Shown one piece after another: positions 33,336-46,100 of a stretch of 64,000 nucleotides of DNA (its first letter is position 1; every line of letters starts with the position of its first letter). A program made the position numbers and the translations under genes. This DNA comes from Azolla caroliniana (lineage: Eukaryota; Plantae; Polypodiophyta), in contig JBHGNT010000013.1 of the NCBI GenBank assembly GCA_043228905.1, positions 15,996,001 through 16,060,000 of the forward strand, read 5' to 3'. Under the pieces are notes generated by a model. The model was not told the DNA's origin, searched no databases, and was given only the letters and a program-made list of their open reading frames with translations.

Positions 33336-36300
33336 TGGAGATGAGGATTGGGTGGAAGTGGAAGGTCACAGTAGGAAAGTCATCATAAACTTGTAGGAAG
33401 GCAGATCATCATCTTTTTTTGTTTTTTACAAATCAAAAATCAAAATAAAAAGTAGAATAAAAACAGATGAAATCAAAAACAAAATCAAATATTAATTCTG
33501 GGGAAATGGAAGGGGGGAGGGGGGTGAAACAGAACCATTCAAAACTCATATAGTCTTTTAATATTGCTTATTAAAAGTTAAATAAATAGTTACATATGTA
33601 TACATACATACATAAATATACATGCATTACATATTGAAGCGTGTAATAATATATTTATGTGCGTGGAAAGTGGGGAAAAAACAAAAAACGAACGCGAAAT
33701 TAAATAATTAGATCTACAATTTTCTTCTTTTTCAGAAAAAACGCCTGCTTTCTCTGGTTTTTAATTTAATTTTTGATATTTCCTTTTCGATCCTTTTATT
33801 ATTAATATTTTGTTTTCATTGTTTGCTTTTCAGCTTTTGTTAGACACTAATTATTGCGAGTGATGTAATAATAATGCCAAATAAGGGGGGAGGGGGGGCG
33901 GGATTAGCGAGTCAAGACAAAGAGGAAGGAAAGACAGAGAAGAAAGAGCTATAAAAATAACACAGAATAAAAATGAAATAGAATAAAAAGCTAAAATAAT
34001 AAAAAAACAATAAAGGAGCTTTTAGACTAACGAGAGGAGGAGGAAGAGCAAATGCGCGCGCCGTACCCATTAATAAGCACCATCCAAATTTGGCCAAAAA
34101 GAGAAATATAAATAAAAACGAAGGAGAGGCTCCCCCGCCCACAAATACGAGACCAGAAATGTAAATAAAAAGAACTCGTCACTCATATTTGGAAAAACGA
34201 TTTAAATTTTTTTTTTTTAAACATCACCAAAAAATGCAAGATTTTTAAAAAAAAAGCAAAGAAATCAAAACTGAAAAAACAAAAGCAAAGCTACATAATA
34301 ATAAATTATAATAATACCAGATAAGTAGATAAATATGAAGAAGTAGGGAAGGAAGATGCTGCTTCTGCTACGGCATTTGGGCGGACAGGTGTGAAATCTG
34401 ACAAAGGGTAAGGTATTGGTAAGAACCAGCGTGTGCACCACGCATTCACGCCCCTTGGCCGGTCACGCCGGTCCGTAGACAGCGACGGGCGTCAGAATAT
34501 CATATCATATAATAATAATAACAATAATAATAATATGGTTTGTAGTGAGACAGTAGAGGAGAGGGTAGAAGAGGGAGTGAGACAGAGACAGATGGGAGGT
34601 GTTCCTGCGCGAGAAAGATCCACGCCTCTGTAATAAAACCCACAGGAATGAATGAAAACCGACGAACGGCCTGAAGATACCGGCAGTCCCCCCCCCCTTC
34701 TTCTATCGATCTCTTTTCAAAAGCGAACAAATAAAGATATGCTGTGTGTGTGTGGGTTCTGTGATGAAAACAGAGAGAGAGAGAGAGAGCGTGTTTGGGG
34801 ATCAAATTAATTGCGCTTTTCTGTTCCCACGTGAATCCCCAGGGTTTCCGCACTCCTCTCTCTTCTCTCTCTCTCTCTCTCTCTCCTCTGTGGTTGTGCC
34901 ACCTCTCTCTAGATTCTCTCTCTCTCTGTGTCTGTGTCTGTGTCTGTGTCTAGGGTGTACTTGCAGCTGCTCTGTGGATATGTCTGTCTGTGACACATAC
35001 ACGCTCCACAGTGTTTTTGTGTGTATGTGTGGGCGCATGGGCCCATCGTGATATGGTTTAGGTCCTCCCCCCTTTTTTTTTTCTTCTCTTTTTGCCTTTT
35101 CACACCCATTTCAGGGGACGGGCTTGTTTTGTGTGAAGGAAATAAATTTGTATTTATGAAAGAACCCCCCGAGTCCGACAACTGCACTCTCCTCTTAGAG
35201 TTTTGCAAGGGGCATTCCACACACTCTTCGAGATACATGCATGAGACATATATATATGTATATATATATATATATATATACATATATAGATCGATTCTTT
35301 TTTAATGTCCCCACTGTTTTGTTGGTTTGTTCGATTACACATGCATGTTGCATTCAACTTAGGAGAAGCAAATACATATATGGTTTCACGAAGATATGTG
35401 GTTGGTTGTAAGGGTTTGATTGATCCCATGACCTCAAAGTGATAGCTTAACTGGCTTATCATTAAGCTCGTCTAGTATGACAAAATGAACATCTGTTCAA
35501 GTATTAGATAGAAGGTTGAGCATGAGCTTGAGAATATAGGTTCTTGTTTGATGGATTTCAAGAGGTACCACAACAAATACGTTGGCTGAAAAAGAAAGTT
35601 GATTTGTTGCATGGGCACCATGTCCCTAGAAGAGTTAAATTTACGCCATTCAGTATTACATCACCTTATAGGATTTAATCTTGCTATATATGCTACTAGT
35701 GAAGTAGTTGAGATAGCAATGTTTTAGTATTTTCATCTTGTTTTAACTCAAAATTAGATTTTTGAGAAATTAAAAAGAGAGTTGTTTTAACATCTCCAAA
35801 GAGGCTACGTTGCCTTGTGACTCGTGACATGAAAACAATATAAACCATATAACTTGTTGGCTCGTTAGAAAAATGACAAATCACAAACCTTGGATAAAGG
35901 TAAAAAAAGGGAGATTGAATAATCCCACACACCCATGAGGCAACTTATCTTTATTACAATATTGTGCTCTAGTTTGTAATTGAAGCTTATGATGCTTCCC
36001 AACCATGGCACTCATGTGTTTATGCTATGTGGCTCATTTTTCTACCAAGTGGTCATGGTCGTCTCCTAACTCTTGAGATCTCTCCAAAGTGATATTGAAT
36101 TCTTAGAGAGAGAGAGAGAGAGATGGTGATGTGTAAATGGTCATGGGAAACAACCTCCATATGGTACAAACTTTAATGATTACCACTTGTCTTAAATAGA
36201 TGCTTACATTGAAAGGGATACACTATATATAAGAAGGAAATAAATTTAAATTTGGAACAGTAAGGACGAATTTCTAGTGTTGTAAGTAATGATCACGGAA

Positions 36301-37377
36301 AAACAACCTTTTCTAAGAGAAAGCTGATCATGTTAGGTAGAAGAAGTCATTGGTTCGTAAATGTTTTGAATCTAGATTATATAGTTTTCATGAAAGTTGA
36401 TGGAACATATAATGAGAGCTTTGAAAAAATGATATCTTTGACCTTGAAAAAAGAAGCCTAGACATACTTTCATATACATATATGATATATAACATTCAAC
36501 AATACCAAGACCCGAGAGAGAGAGAGAGAGAGATTCATATTATGAGACAAAGCTAAGGGATGGGCCTCTCTATCCTTAGTTGCATTAAAGAATACATAAG
36601 TGCATTGGAAAACAAAGTTATAAAAAATTATTTGTCGGATGGTATTTTGTAATTAGCTCATTGTATTTGAAAAATGTAATGCAACCTTTGTACAAATTAC
36701 ATTCGGTAAATTGTGAATTGTACATTGTCCTTCTTAACACTTCTGCATTTCTCAAACTTTTTAAGTTTTGGGGAAAGGAAATTTCCAAATCTTACAAAAG
36801 ATTAATGGTATAGTAGTTAGACTTGAACATGCTTTAAGATTTTGTAAAATTGATTAGGTTATACAAACCCCGACCAAAACCATCTAGAAGTAGTTTTTCA
36901 CAATGATTCAAAAAATAATTATTTTTGCCTCCTTTTTAGCAAAAGGAATGTTGGAAATTTGCTAACATTATTCACGTTGGCATGTTCGCTCCAATGTTAT
37001 TGCGAAAACATAGAAAACCTCATAGCGATAGAAATTATTTGCTAATTGATATTTTATTTAATGACTGGAACTTAACTTTTCGAGGTCCTCGATCGAAGTT
37101 GAAAATGTAGTGACACTCTATATTGTCGTTTTGTAGAAAACTATCTATTATGCATATACATGAATTAGTAGCATATTATTAATTGGTGACAAGCTATACT
37201 TGATAATTTTTTGATGTACCTTCAATGAAGTTAAGGGGTGTACTTAGTATGAAAATGCTCATCTATGGCTTCAACATCTATTGGGTACATGCAAAGGATT
37301 GAGTTATGTTCAAATGGTACGTGTAGGACTCTAACTTTGGGGTTCATGACTTGCAAAAACACACTTTATAGCTTACT

Positions 37378-38370
37378 TGTGGAGGTGCACTACATTATAT
37401 GAAGTGCATTACTTGTAATGATAAAGCCAATTGGTGGACACTAGGTGTGTCACGCATTGCCAATGTATAAATAGAGGGAAATCGAGTTTTGTGACATTGT
37501 TCTATGTTGAATATAGTTTTCTCTTTCTACTCTCTCAATCTTGGTTATTTTTTTGCATTTATGAAATCCTTCTTTAATTAGCCTAACATTTTGTTCCCAA
37601 TTATTTGTATCTCTTTTCAAGTTGGATGTGGCATAAACAACATCCTAATAGTGGTATTTAAGTTGTGACGTTGTAGCTAGTTTTGTATGATACTCACTAC
37701 CAATTAGAGGAAAAGAGGAATTTAAAAATGGCAATGGAGTATGAAATAGAGAAAATTTTCTAATGTGGATATTTTCTCACTATGAAAAATGAAAGTATTG
37801 GTAGTTTTGAGAATGATAGATCATAGATGCATTGCAAAAAATAAATAGGAGGCCCCTGGACATAACTAACAATGGCAAGTGGACGGAGATGGATGTCAAT
37901 GTTATTTCTAATTTGCAATAGGCGCAAGCCGATGCGTATTGCCAAGTGTGGTGGCAAAGAAAATGGCAAAATAAAACTAAAAATTGGCAACGCTATACAA
38001 GGGAAGTCCTTGTAGAATTAAATATTCTTAAAAAGAAAACTTTACACCCTTTGGACAATGGGATCAATTACTGTGACCGTTCACATCAAGACTCTTAACA
38101 GATCATTGTCATGACTCATAGCTCATAACAATGGTACATAAAATAGAGGCACAAAAATGTGTCAACTTGTTAGATCAAATTAATTAGTCTACCTAATTCA
38201 TATTATCAACTTAACCAAAGACATATTGGGAAGCATACAATATGGCACATAATTAATGCTGATGAGAGGAAGATCAATGTATCGTGGGCCCAATGGGATT
38301 CAAAATCTATTAATCAAAATAAAAAAGTAAGAGGAACGCCAAGTATCCACATTGTAGCAAGAAAGGGGAA
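37378..38370 (+). mobile_element. Heavily decayed Copia 5' part (LTR, degenerate PBS, gag)
   Basis: PBS-like TGGTATTTAAG at about 37652; gag-like MEYEIEK at about 37734 and KRKLYTL at about 38030; boundaries approximate. Confidence 0.55.
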
Positions 38371-38373
38371 TAA

Positions 38374-38541
38374 TGGCATCATGGTTTGTGATGGAAGACA
38401 CCAATCACAAGAGTTCACTTTGGCCAATTGTAAGTCCCACACTTGTGGTGAAGATACTTACCGTTGGTGCAAGTGTGGGTCTTATAGTTGGCCAAAGTGA
38501 ACTCTTGTGATTGGTTTCTTCCATCACAAACCATGATGCCA
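38374..38541. repeat. Long inverted repeat: 72-bp arms, 24-nt spacer
   Basis: 38374-38445 is the reverse complement of 38470-38541 with 4 mismatches. Confidence 0.93.
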
Positions 38542-38825
38542 ATACTAGAGTAGTACAACTACATAATTAAATTACTAGAGTAGTTCCTCAACGACAACTA
38601 GCCACTCAAACATCTGGCTTGTGATTACCACATAGAAGTACTTATTTAATGATTATTTAACAATTACTTAACCACTTAATTAACAAGAAATACAACTGAG
38701 AGTAAGGGCTTAATACAATATGTGAACTTCATTATATTCATGTCCCCTCTATGTAGATCGTTTTAAATATTATTTATATAGACAAGGGAGATCCCCATAC
38801 TAATGGAGATGGGTCATCTTGAGTG

Positions 38826-39068
38826 TGTAAAGAATATGATGATCTTGTTTACAAAGGTAATACACAAAGTCTGTGTATGTGAAGGAACAAGTAGGAAGAT
38901 GTCAATGGAGGCTTGCAAGAAACAAAGAAAGAGAGAAAGGGAGGGAACAGAGAGACACACAATACAACTTGTATTAAATTCAAAATGAACCAATAGCTAC
39001 AAACTAGTTACAAGGTTGGTCATATACTAACCGACTTAAGGCAATTGCCCTTAATGCTATTTACAACA
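38826..39068 (-). mobile_element. Solo-type Copia LTR (E), probably nested in the 3' LTR of Copia D
   Basis: Minus strand reads TGTTGTAAATAGC..AAGGGCAATTGCC...TCTTTACA, similar to LTRs at 50256, 52224 and 53066; no clean TSD. Confidence 0.6.
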
Positions 39069-41363
39069 ATAGTCTAACTTAGTTTGTCCAAGGGAATAGT
39101 GTGAATACATCCATTATGTGACCATATTTGACACTCCCCCGTAATGGGCGTATTAGAGAAGAATTTGTTTGATGATGATATAATAGAGAGATAATGATAT
39201 GTTGTCGGTAGAAGTCTGCACTCCTGTTTTGCTCCCGAGTCGGTCGTGGCGAAAGTCACCTCTGTGCCTGATTCGATAAGGCCAAAATCACCATTGTGCT
39301 TGAATCAACTAGGTTGAAAACACCTATGCTCATTTGATGCTGAATTGACCGAAACTGGTTAGTCCAAAGACATTTGGTCATCCCATCCACAACATTATTG
39401 ACCGTGGAGATCTTCTCCTGGCTGAGCTTACCTTTAGTTATGCAACCCTGAAAGAAGTAATATCGAACTTCGATATTCTTCGAGGCTTTGTGATGAACCG
39501 GATTCTTTGCTAATGTAACAACTCCCTGACTGTGCCTGAAGGTGACTGGAGTCGAATTAGACTTGCCAAAACATGCAGACTAGTTGACCGAGCCATAATG
39601 CTTCCTTAGCCGTGTCAGACGTTGTTATGTATTTGGCCTCGGTCGTCGAAGTAGTCGTGCACTCTTGGAGTTTTGACCTCCGCGAGATATTCATTTCTGA
39701 ATCGGAAGAAGTATTCAGATGTGGACTTTCGACTGTCCAGACATTTGGCAAAGTCCAAGTCAGCAATGGGGTTGAAGCACTCTAGAATTGTCTGGATATA
39801 GTAAGCCTGAGTTAGAAATAATTTTCTTTGACCACGATGCTGACTAATCTTCATGCCAAGAATGTGTCCCAAAGGACCCATTCTTCGTGGCGAACGTCAA
39901 CCGCAGGTACAGAACAAGTTCAACAAGCTCTTCGGCGTGTCAATTGGAGAGCAACATATCATTCACATAAAGGATGAGAAAGATGGGCAACCCATCTTGT
40001 GCGTGCTTCGAATAGAGACAATGGTCCCCATCGCTCCTAGAAAATCTGATTAACTATATGAATTCGTCGAATTTCCGATACCATTGTCGCGGGGCCTGCT
40101 TGAGGCCGTAAAGACTCTTCTTGAGTCGACAAACTAGATGTTCTTGTCCTGGCAACCCAAAGCCTTTTGGCTACTCTATATAGATTTCTTCATCCAAGTC
40201 ACTGTGTAGAAATGCCGTCTTCACATGTAGCTGCTCCAAATCCTTGGCATAAACTACTTCGAGTAGGAACCGAAAGGTGGTCATCTTTACTACGGGAGAA
40301 AATATTTCATCAAATTCGAACCCATATTCCTGTCTAAATCCCTTCGCAACTAATCTTGCCTTATATTTGGGACTTGCTGAATTAGATGTTTGCTTGAGTT
40401 GAAAGTGTTAGAGTATGGGACCGACTACAACCAGTTCACAAGCGAAAATAAGAAAGACAATAACCGAAACAACTGAAAAGAAAAAATTGTACAAAGACAG
40501 AGGCATGAGATATTAATGTGGAAACCCTGAATGGGAAAAACCACAGTAGCCCACAGACTCCAAATAGAATGACTATCTAAAGAGGTATACTAGAGACTCT
40601 AGGCAACAACCTTGAGTTCGTCTTCGTCTTACAAACACCTACACAGACACACACACACACAGACAGACACACACACACACACACACACACATTCTCTCTC
40701 TCTCTCTCTCTCTTAGTTCACACTTAGTACACAATCGTAACAACTTTGTATATACACATATGTTATACTAATACACAAGTACTATAGGCTATTTACAAAT
40801 ACATCCCAAACAAGATGAATCCAATTCGGCCGAATTGGACACAGTTCGTATCGTCTATGGGCCGATCAACGTTCATTCGATTCGGCTCTCTACCGGCGTT
40901 CACCGATTCAGACTCATCCCATCCAAAGGGACCAGTTATCCCAATAGAAAGGTTATGGAAGTGCCCATTGATTCTTCGACAATGCTACTAGGTCCCATGT
41001 CTGATTGTGGCAGATGGAGTTCATTTCGGACTCCATTGCAAGGTGCCAGTTAGCTGAGTCGACATATGTATACGCTTCGTCGTACGTTGTCGGCTCACTA
41101 TCGTCAGTAAAGAAGAGGCCAGGAGAGTACCTCTTCGGTGGCTGAGATAGTCGTTCAAATCTTCGTGGTACAATTGATCTTGCCGGATCATCATTGATGA
41201 TCATTTCTTCAATAGCCGATCCACCCAATGGGTCACGACGTAAGCTTCACTTTGAGGTAGCTTGTTTTGAAATATCGGGCACAATGGCCGTACTTTGTTC
41301 CATGGAGGTAGCTTGTCGTGTTGTTGTACTTGTGTGTTGTGTTGGGCCATTGAAAAGAGTCGA
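39069..41363 (-). mobile_element. Degenerate Copia D: start of 3' LTR, PPT, RNase H, RT and INT-RT linker
   Basis: PPT GGGGGAG|TGTCA at 39129-39140; STTEAKY..EALWL RNase H; YKARLVAKGF, FDEIFSPVVKMTT, LYGLKQAPRQWY RT; EP.TY.EA...AMESEM. Confidence 0.85.
40406..40946 (-). mobile_element. Solo LTR inserted into the RT of Copia D
   Basis: TGTTAG...CCAATA ends (CA decayed to TA); perfect TSD GAAAG at 40401-40405 and 40947-40951; RT resumes on both sides. Confidence 0.88.
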
Positions 41364-42445
41364 TGTTGGCATAAAAGGGTTACTCCTTCCACTTTGTATC
41401 CTTTGTGTGAACAAGTTCTCCGGTTAGAGCTTGAGTATATAAGCCCAACCGAGAGGTTGTAAAGTGTGAGAGAGTTTTATAGAAGAGAAATAAGAGTTTT
41501 CATTAGAGCTCAATTGTGCTTCTTACTTCTTGTTCATCTTGCTTGGATCTTCATTTTCAAATTGTTTGTGCTTTTTGTTATACATCACATTGCAGGTCCT
41601 CCCATATTCTCCCGCATATCATATTCAATATTTGGTATCAGAGCAACCTTGCTGTCCGGCGGCAACGAACAATACAAAGCTAAGAAGAGGAGCTATCCAA
41701 TTGAGGGAAAAGACTAGGCCAACAACATCTATTTTCTAGAGAATGGCGACACAATCCAACACAAATGTGGAAATCTAGAAGTTCGATGGGAAGAACTTTG
41801 CCCTATGGAAAGAGATGATGCAAGACGTGCTAATCATCCGAAGATAGGTTGAAGCCATCTTGCATAGCACCGAGCTGGCTTCAATGTATGTTGAAGAGTG
41901 GAGATCGATGGACAAAATCGTGCGTTCCAGCATTTGGATGCACCTGGGTGAAAATGTCTATTTCAGCATGGCAAAGGAGACGACAACATTCTCATTGTGG
42001 GAGAAGTTACAAGCCATGTACAAGAAAAAATCCTCCTCGTCGAAACTCATATTGAGTCAACAGTTGTTCAATATGAAGTTTAGAGAGACGGATCCGGTGA
42101 CCTCCCACATCAACACCTTTAGTCGGGTGTTGTCTGAACTCTCCTCCCAAGGGATTAACTTCAAAGAAGAAGTTAAAGCTCTTGCCCTCCTTTCGAGCTT
42201 GCCGGCGAATTGGGAGGTATTATGTGTTGAGAAGCAAGCTCAACATGGTATGTGATGCTTATTGGGAAATAAGCTATAGTAGCTATTTAGCTACTTGTGA
42301 ACATAAAGGAGAAACAACTAATTAGCTACTGACAGCTAATTAGCTACTGACAACTATTTAGCGACCGACAGCTAATTAACTACATGCAGCTAATTAGCTG
42401 CATACGTAAGTAACTTATTGCTTAGGTAAAAAGTAAGAGAGTAGG

Positions 42446-42916
42446 TGTCAAGACTGAGAGAGAGAAAGAGAGAGAAAAAGAGATAGAGAGATAATTGAAA
42501 GAGAATTATTATATTGAAGCGTAAAATGGATTACAAAGAGTAGGCTACAAAATGGCGTTGAACCAATTTAGGTTTGGGATGGGTGGTAGATCCCTATTTA
42601 TAAGTAATAGAGAACTCTCTAGAATATTCTAGGTTATCCTAGAATGTAGAGTAATCTAGAAGATCTCTAGAGTATTCTAGAAGGTTCTAGTGGTATAGAA
42701 CACTCTAGAATATTCTAGGTCATTCTAGAATGTAGAGTAATATAGAATATTCCTATGATATTAGATTTCATATTCTAGAGACTATACATATAAGAATATT
42801 AATACAATGGTTAAGGATTTGACATGTGTACAACAAGGTTGTGGGTTCAAATCCTTTCGAGTCATAATGTGAGTGTCATGATCCTTTCGATGCATGATGT
42901 GACTGTTATCATGATA
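42446..42916 (-). mobile_element. Solo LTR B with TCTAGA-rich array, nested in the family A solo LTR
   Basis: TGTCAAGA...TCATGATA ends; TSD GTAGG at 42441-42445 and 42917-42921; minus-strand TATA CTTATAAATAGGG. Confidence 0.85.
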
Positions 42917-43174
42917 GTAGGTAAGTAAGAAATATACAGGAAGTAGAACTCTGAGAGAGAGAGTGAGGATAGAGAGAAAGAACTCAGAGAGTGAGAGCAG
43001 AAGAGAGAAACAGACAAGAGCGAGTAGAGCTCTGTGTGTAATGAAATAGAAGAAGTTTTGGCTGCTATAGAGGTAAGTCTCCTTCCCCCTTCCCTTCTGT
43101 GTTTGAGCACAAAACGATCCAGCACACCACGATCCGCCGCGCACATAAGAAGAGCCCGAGTGCCTTCTTCACGT

Positions 43175-46100
43175 TGTCGTGAAGAAAACTGTTCCTTAGA
43201 GCAATCGGTGCATATCGTGCGTGAACTGGCTCTTCACGCGTGCGCCCCCCTTAATGTATATAAAAGAGAATTAGGTACAAAGGCATATCCTAGGTAGTTA
43301 GATTTGGTAGGTAGGAAGTTAATGAGAAAAGCGGCTCCCTTCTTGAAGCTATAAAAGAGAGGGAGACGCGGGGAGGAAGGGATCGCGCTTTGAGGAGGAC
43401 GAAGTGCCGTCGGACCGTAACCGAACGCTTCTCCTCTGTTTGTTCTCTATTGCTCTTCTCTGCAGGTTTTCGGGAGGCTCGCGCTGCTTCCAGGAACGCC
43501 CGTGTGCTTCCGGCAGCACCTCCATCCTATCCCCTTTTCATGCGCAGACGAACAGGCATCGACATCTGTTCGCCGGCCTGTTCGGTTGTAACCGCTCGCG
43601 TGCTCTGTTGTGTATTTGTTAATCCGTTAATATACAAACTTTCGTGTCTCTCTGTCTCTGTGTCCATTCGTGTTTTTTGCGTTGATGGGCCATGTCCCTG
43701 TGTTTCTTTGCTCATACGCAACCGATCGTCTCTCTCTCTCTCTTTCCCCTCCTATCACCTGCTCTTCGGTTCAAGACCCCGGTGGTCCCGCCTCGTTTCT
43801 CCACACACGCGCGTAGCAATGCGACATATTTGGTGAACCCGACGTGAACAAGGCGGCAGAGGAGTAGAAGATGAGGGGGTCGGATCTTGCAGAGGCCATG
43901 GCTTCGGCCGTGGACCGGATAGTGAGCGCGTGCGAGGGCACCGGCGCCCTTGACAGGGCTATTGAGGCGATCATCGGTATGATCGGCCAGTTCAGTGGAA
44001 AGGATGCCACGAGTTATTTGGCGTCCTACCGGGCGGAGATGTTGATGAGGGATATTCCGGAAGAGAGGCGTCTTGCCGGATTCCCTCGAGTGGCGATGCC
44101 GAGCATCCATGCGGAGGTGCTCGAGGTCCGGGCGGAGAGCTGGACCTGGGAGGAGTTCGAAGGACGGCTCCTGGAGAAATACGGGTTGGATGACGCGCTT
44201 CGACTTTCGAAGCGGGGCTTCATGGAGTGGGTGGAGTCCCCCAACAAAGGAAGAAATGCGTTGATACTCCTCTAGGAGTTTGAGGAACGCTTTGCGCGCC
44301 TTTCGGCGCTCGACCGGACCGTTCTGGACACAAGTCGTGTCCTACTGTTTGTCAAATCGGTTGACGCACGGGATCGGGGGCAAGTGGGCTCCTTACTGGA
44401 AACCGAAGACGGGCTGACGGCCGACTGGGCAGCGGTAAAAAGAGTCTGCGGCCGTTTTGACAAACGGTGGGAGTGGGCTGATACAGAGGCGACCGGGGCG
44501 GGACCTGTCACAACAAGGAAGCTCGAACCGATACCGCAGGCGCGAAGGGAAGAGACCCGGGAGTGGCTCGAAACCGGTTCGGCTTCGACCGGCGTGGTCA
44601 GAGGCTCGTCCGGGGGGACATCTTTGGAGGAGTTGACATGGGCGGTAAAGGATCTCCAAATCGCCCAGGCTCGGAGGGAAGGTGGCGATCAAGCTTGTGA
44701 CCGACGGCCTCCGGCAAGAAATAGGTGTATGTGGTGCGACGAGGTCGGCCACATCCGGAAAGACTGCGGGGACTTTGCGGAGGCTTTGAGAAGCCGGGTA
44801 GTGTACCTGTGGGAAGGTCGGTTGCATGCCAGCGATACCCGGAGGGCCCTGAACCGAAATGGCGGGCGAGGAGGAATGAAAAGGCTGATGGAAGAGGCGG
44901 CAGCCCGGCACGCGGAGACTGTCCACTACTCAACGTCAACCGGTATTCAGGTCGGAGGCAGCGAGGCCCGGAAGGAGAGCAAAGCCGGGTTCTGGCCGAC
45001 GGTGCTGGAAGGCCTCGCCGGTGCCCGACTAAAGAGAGACGAGGCGGACCTTGCGGAGAAGCGGGTCCAGGAGGTAACCGGGTGGAGTGACCTGGTCGAA
45101 GAAAAGACGGGTTTCGTCGAAGCAGCTTGCCAGAACTACGAGGCTTTGGTTGACGACAAACGAGTAGGTAAAACCGGAGGGGCCGGACCCTCACAGAGAT
45201 ACGAAACCCGATTCGGGCCGAAACGGAACGAGGCCGGTGAGTCCAGTACCCGGGATAACCACAAGAAGGGTGGATACCGTTTGGGCAGGGAGGTCGAAAG
45301 GACCACGGACCTACGAAAGGTCTTGGAAGAACGAATCCTCGACAGCAAAGTGGAACTGTCGTTGCGGGAGGTGCTCGGAATCGCCAAGAAGGAGTTCCAC
45401 GACTCCATCGTGGACTTGGTGAAGAGGAAGAGGCTGTCGATGGAGACAGAACCGGAAAGGCTGGTGGAGGTGCGGACGACGCACATAGAGGACATGGCGA
45501 TGGAAGACGAGTGGGCAGAGAGCCACTATTCGAGGCCACACTGGGCCCGAGCGACCACGGAAACACCGGTGAAGATCGGAGATGTTCAGGAACCGGTGGT
45601 GGCGCTGGTGGACCACGGTTCGGAAATAAACCTGATGTCCATGGACTTCTACAAGAAGGGAAAATGGCCGATCAACACCAAGCATGGGTGGAAGATATGA
45701 GCGGCGACGCGCGCCACCGAGGAACTACACGGGGCTTGCCCAAACGTGCGAGTCAAGATCGACGACGTCGAGATAGACCAGCACTTCTTTGTGCAGGAGA
45801 ACTGTACATTACGGCAACGCGAATGGAGACCAAGGTGCTGGACAACGGGTCGGCTTACGCGAGGGTCAAGAGTCAGGATGGGCGTCATTCGGTCCAGTTC
45901 CTAACGGTGTGATCGAACCACGAGCGAAACCGCGAGTCCCTCGATGGCGACAACCGAGAGGATTTTTAGAGAGGGCGGCCAAGGCGTCGGGCTGCGACAG
46001 TCCGGACACTCCGGGAAAACCCCACAAATGTACGATAGAGGCGAAACCAAAGAAACCTTGCACCGTAAGTAGGAAGTTTTGTTTCTCCGACAACGGAGGG

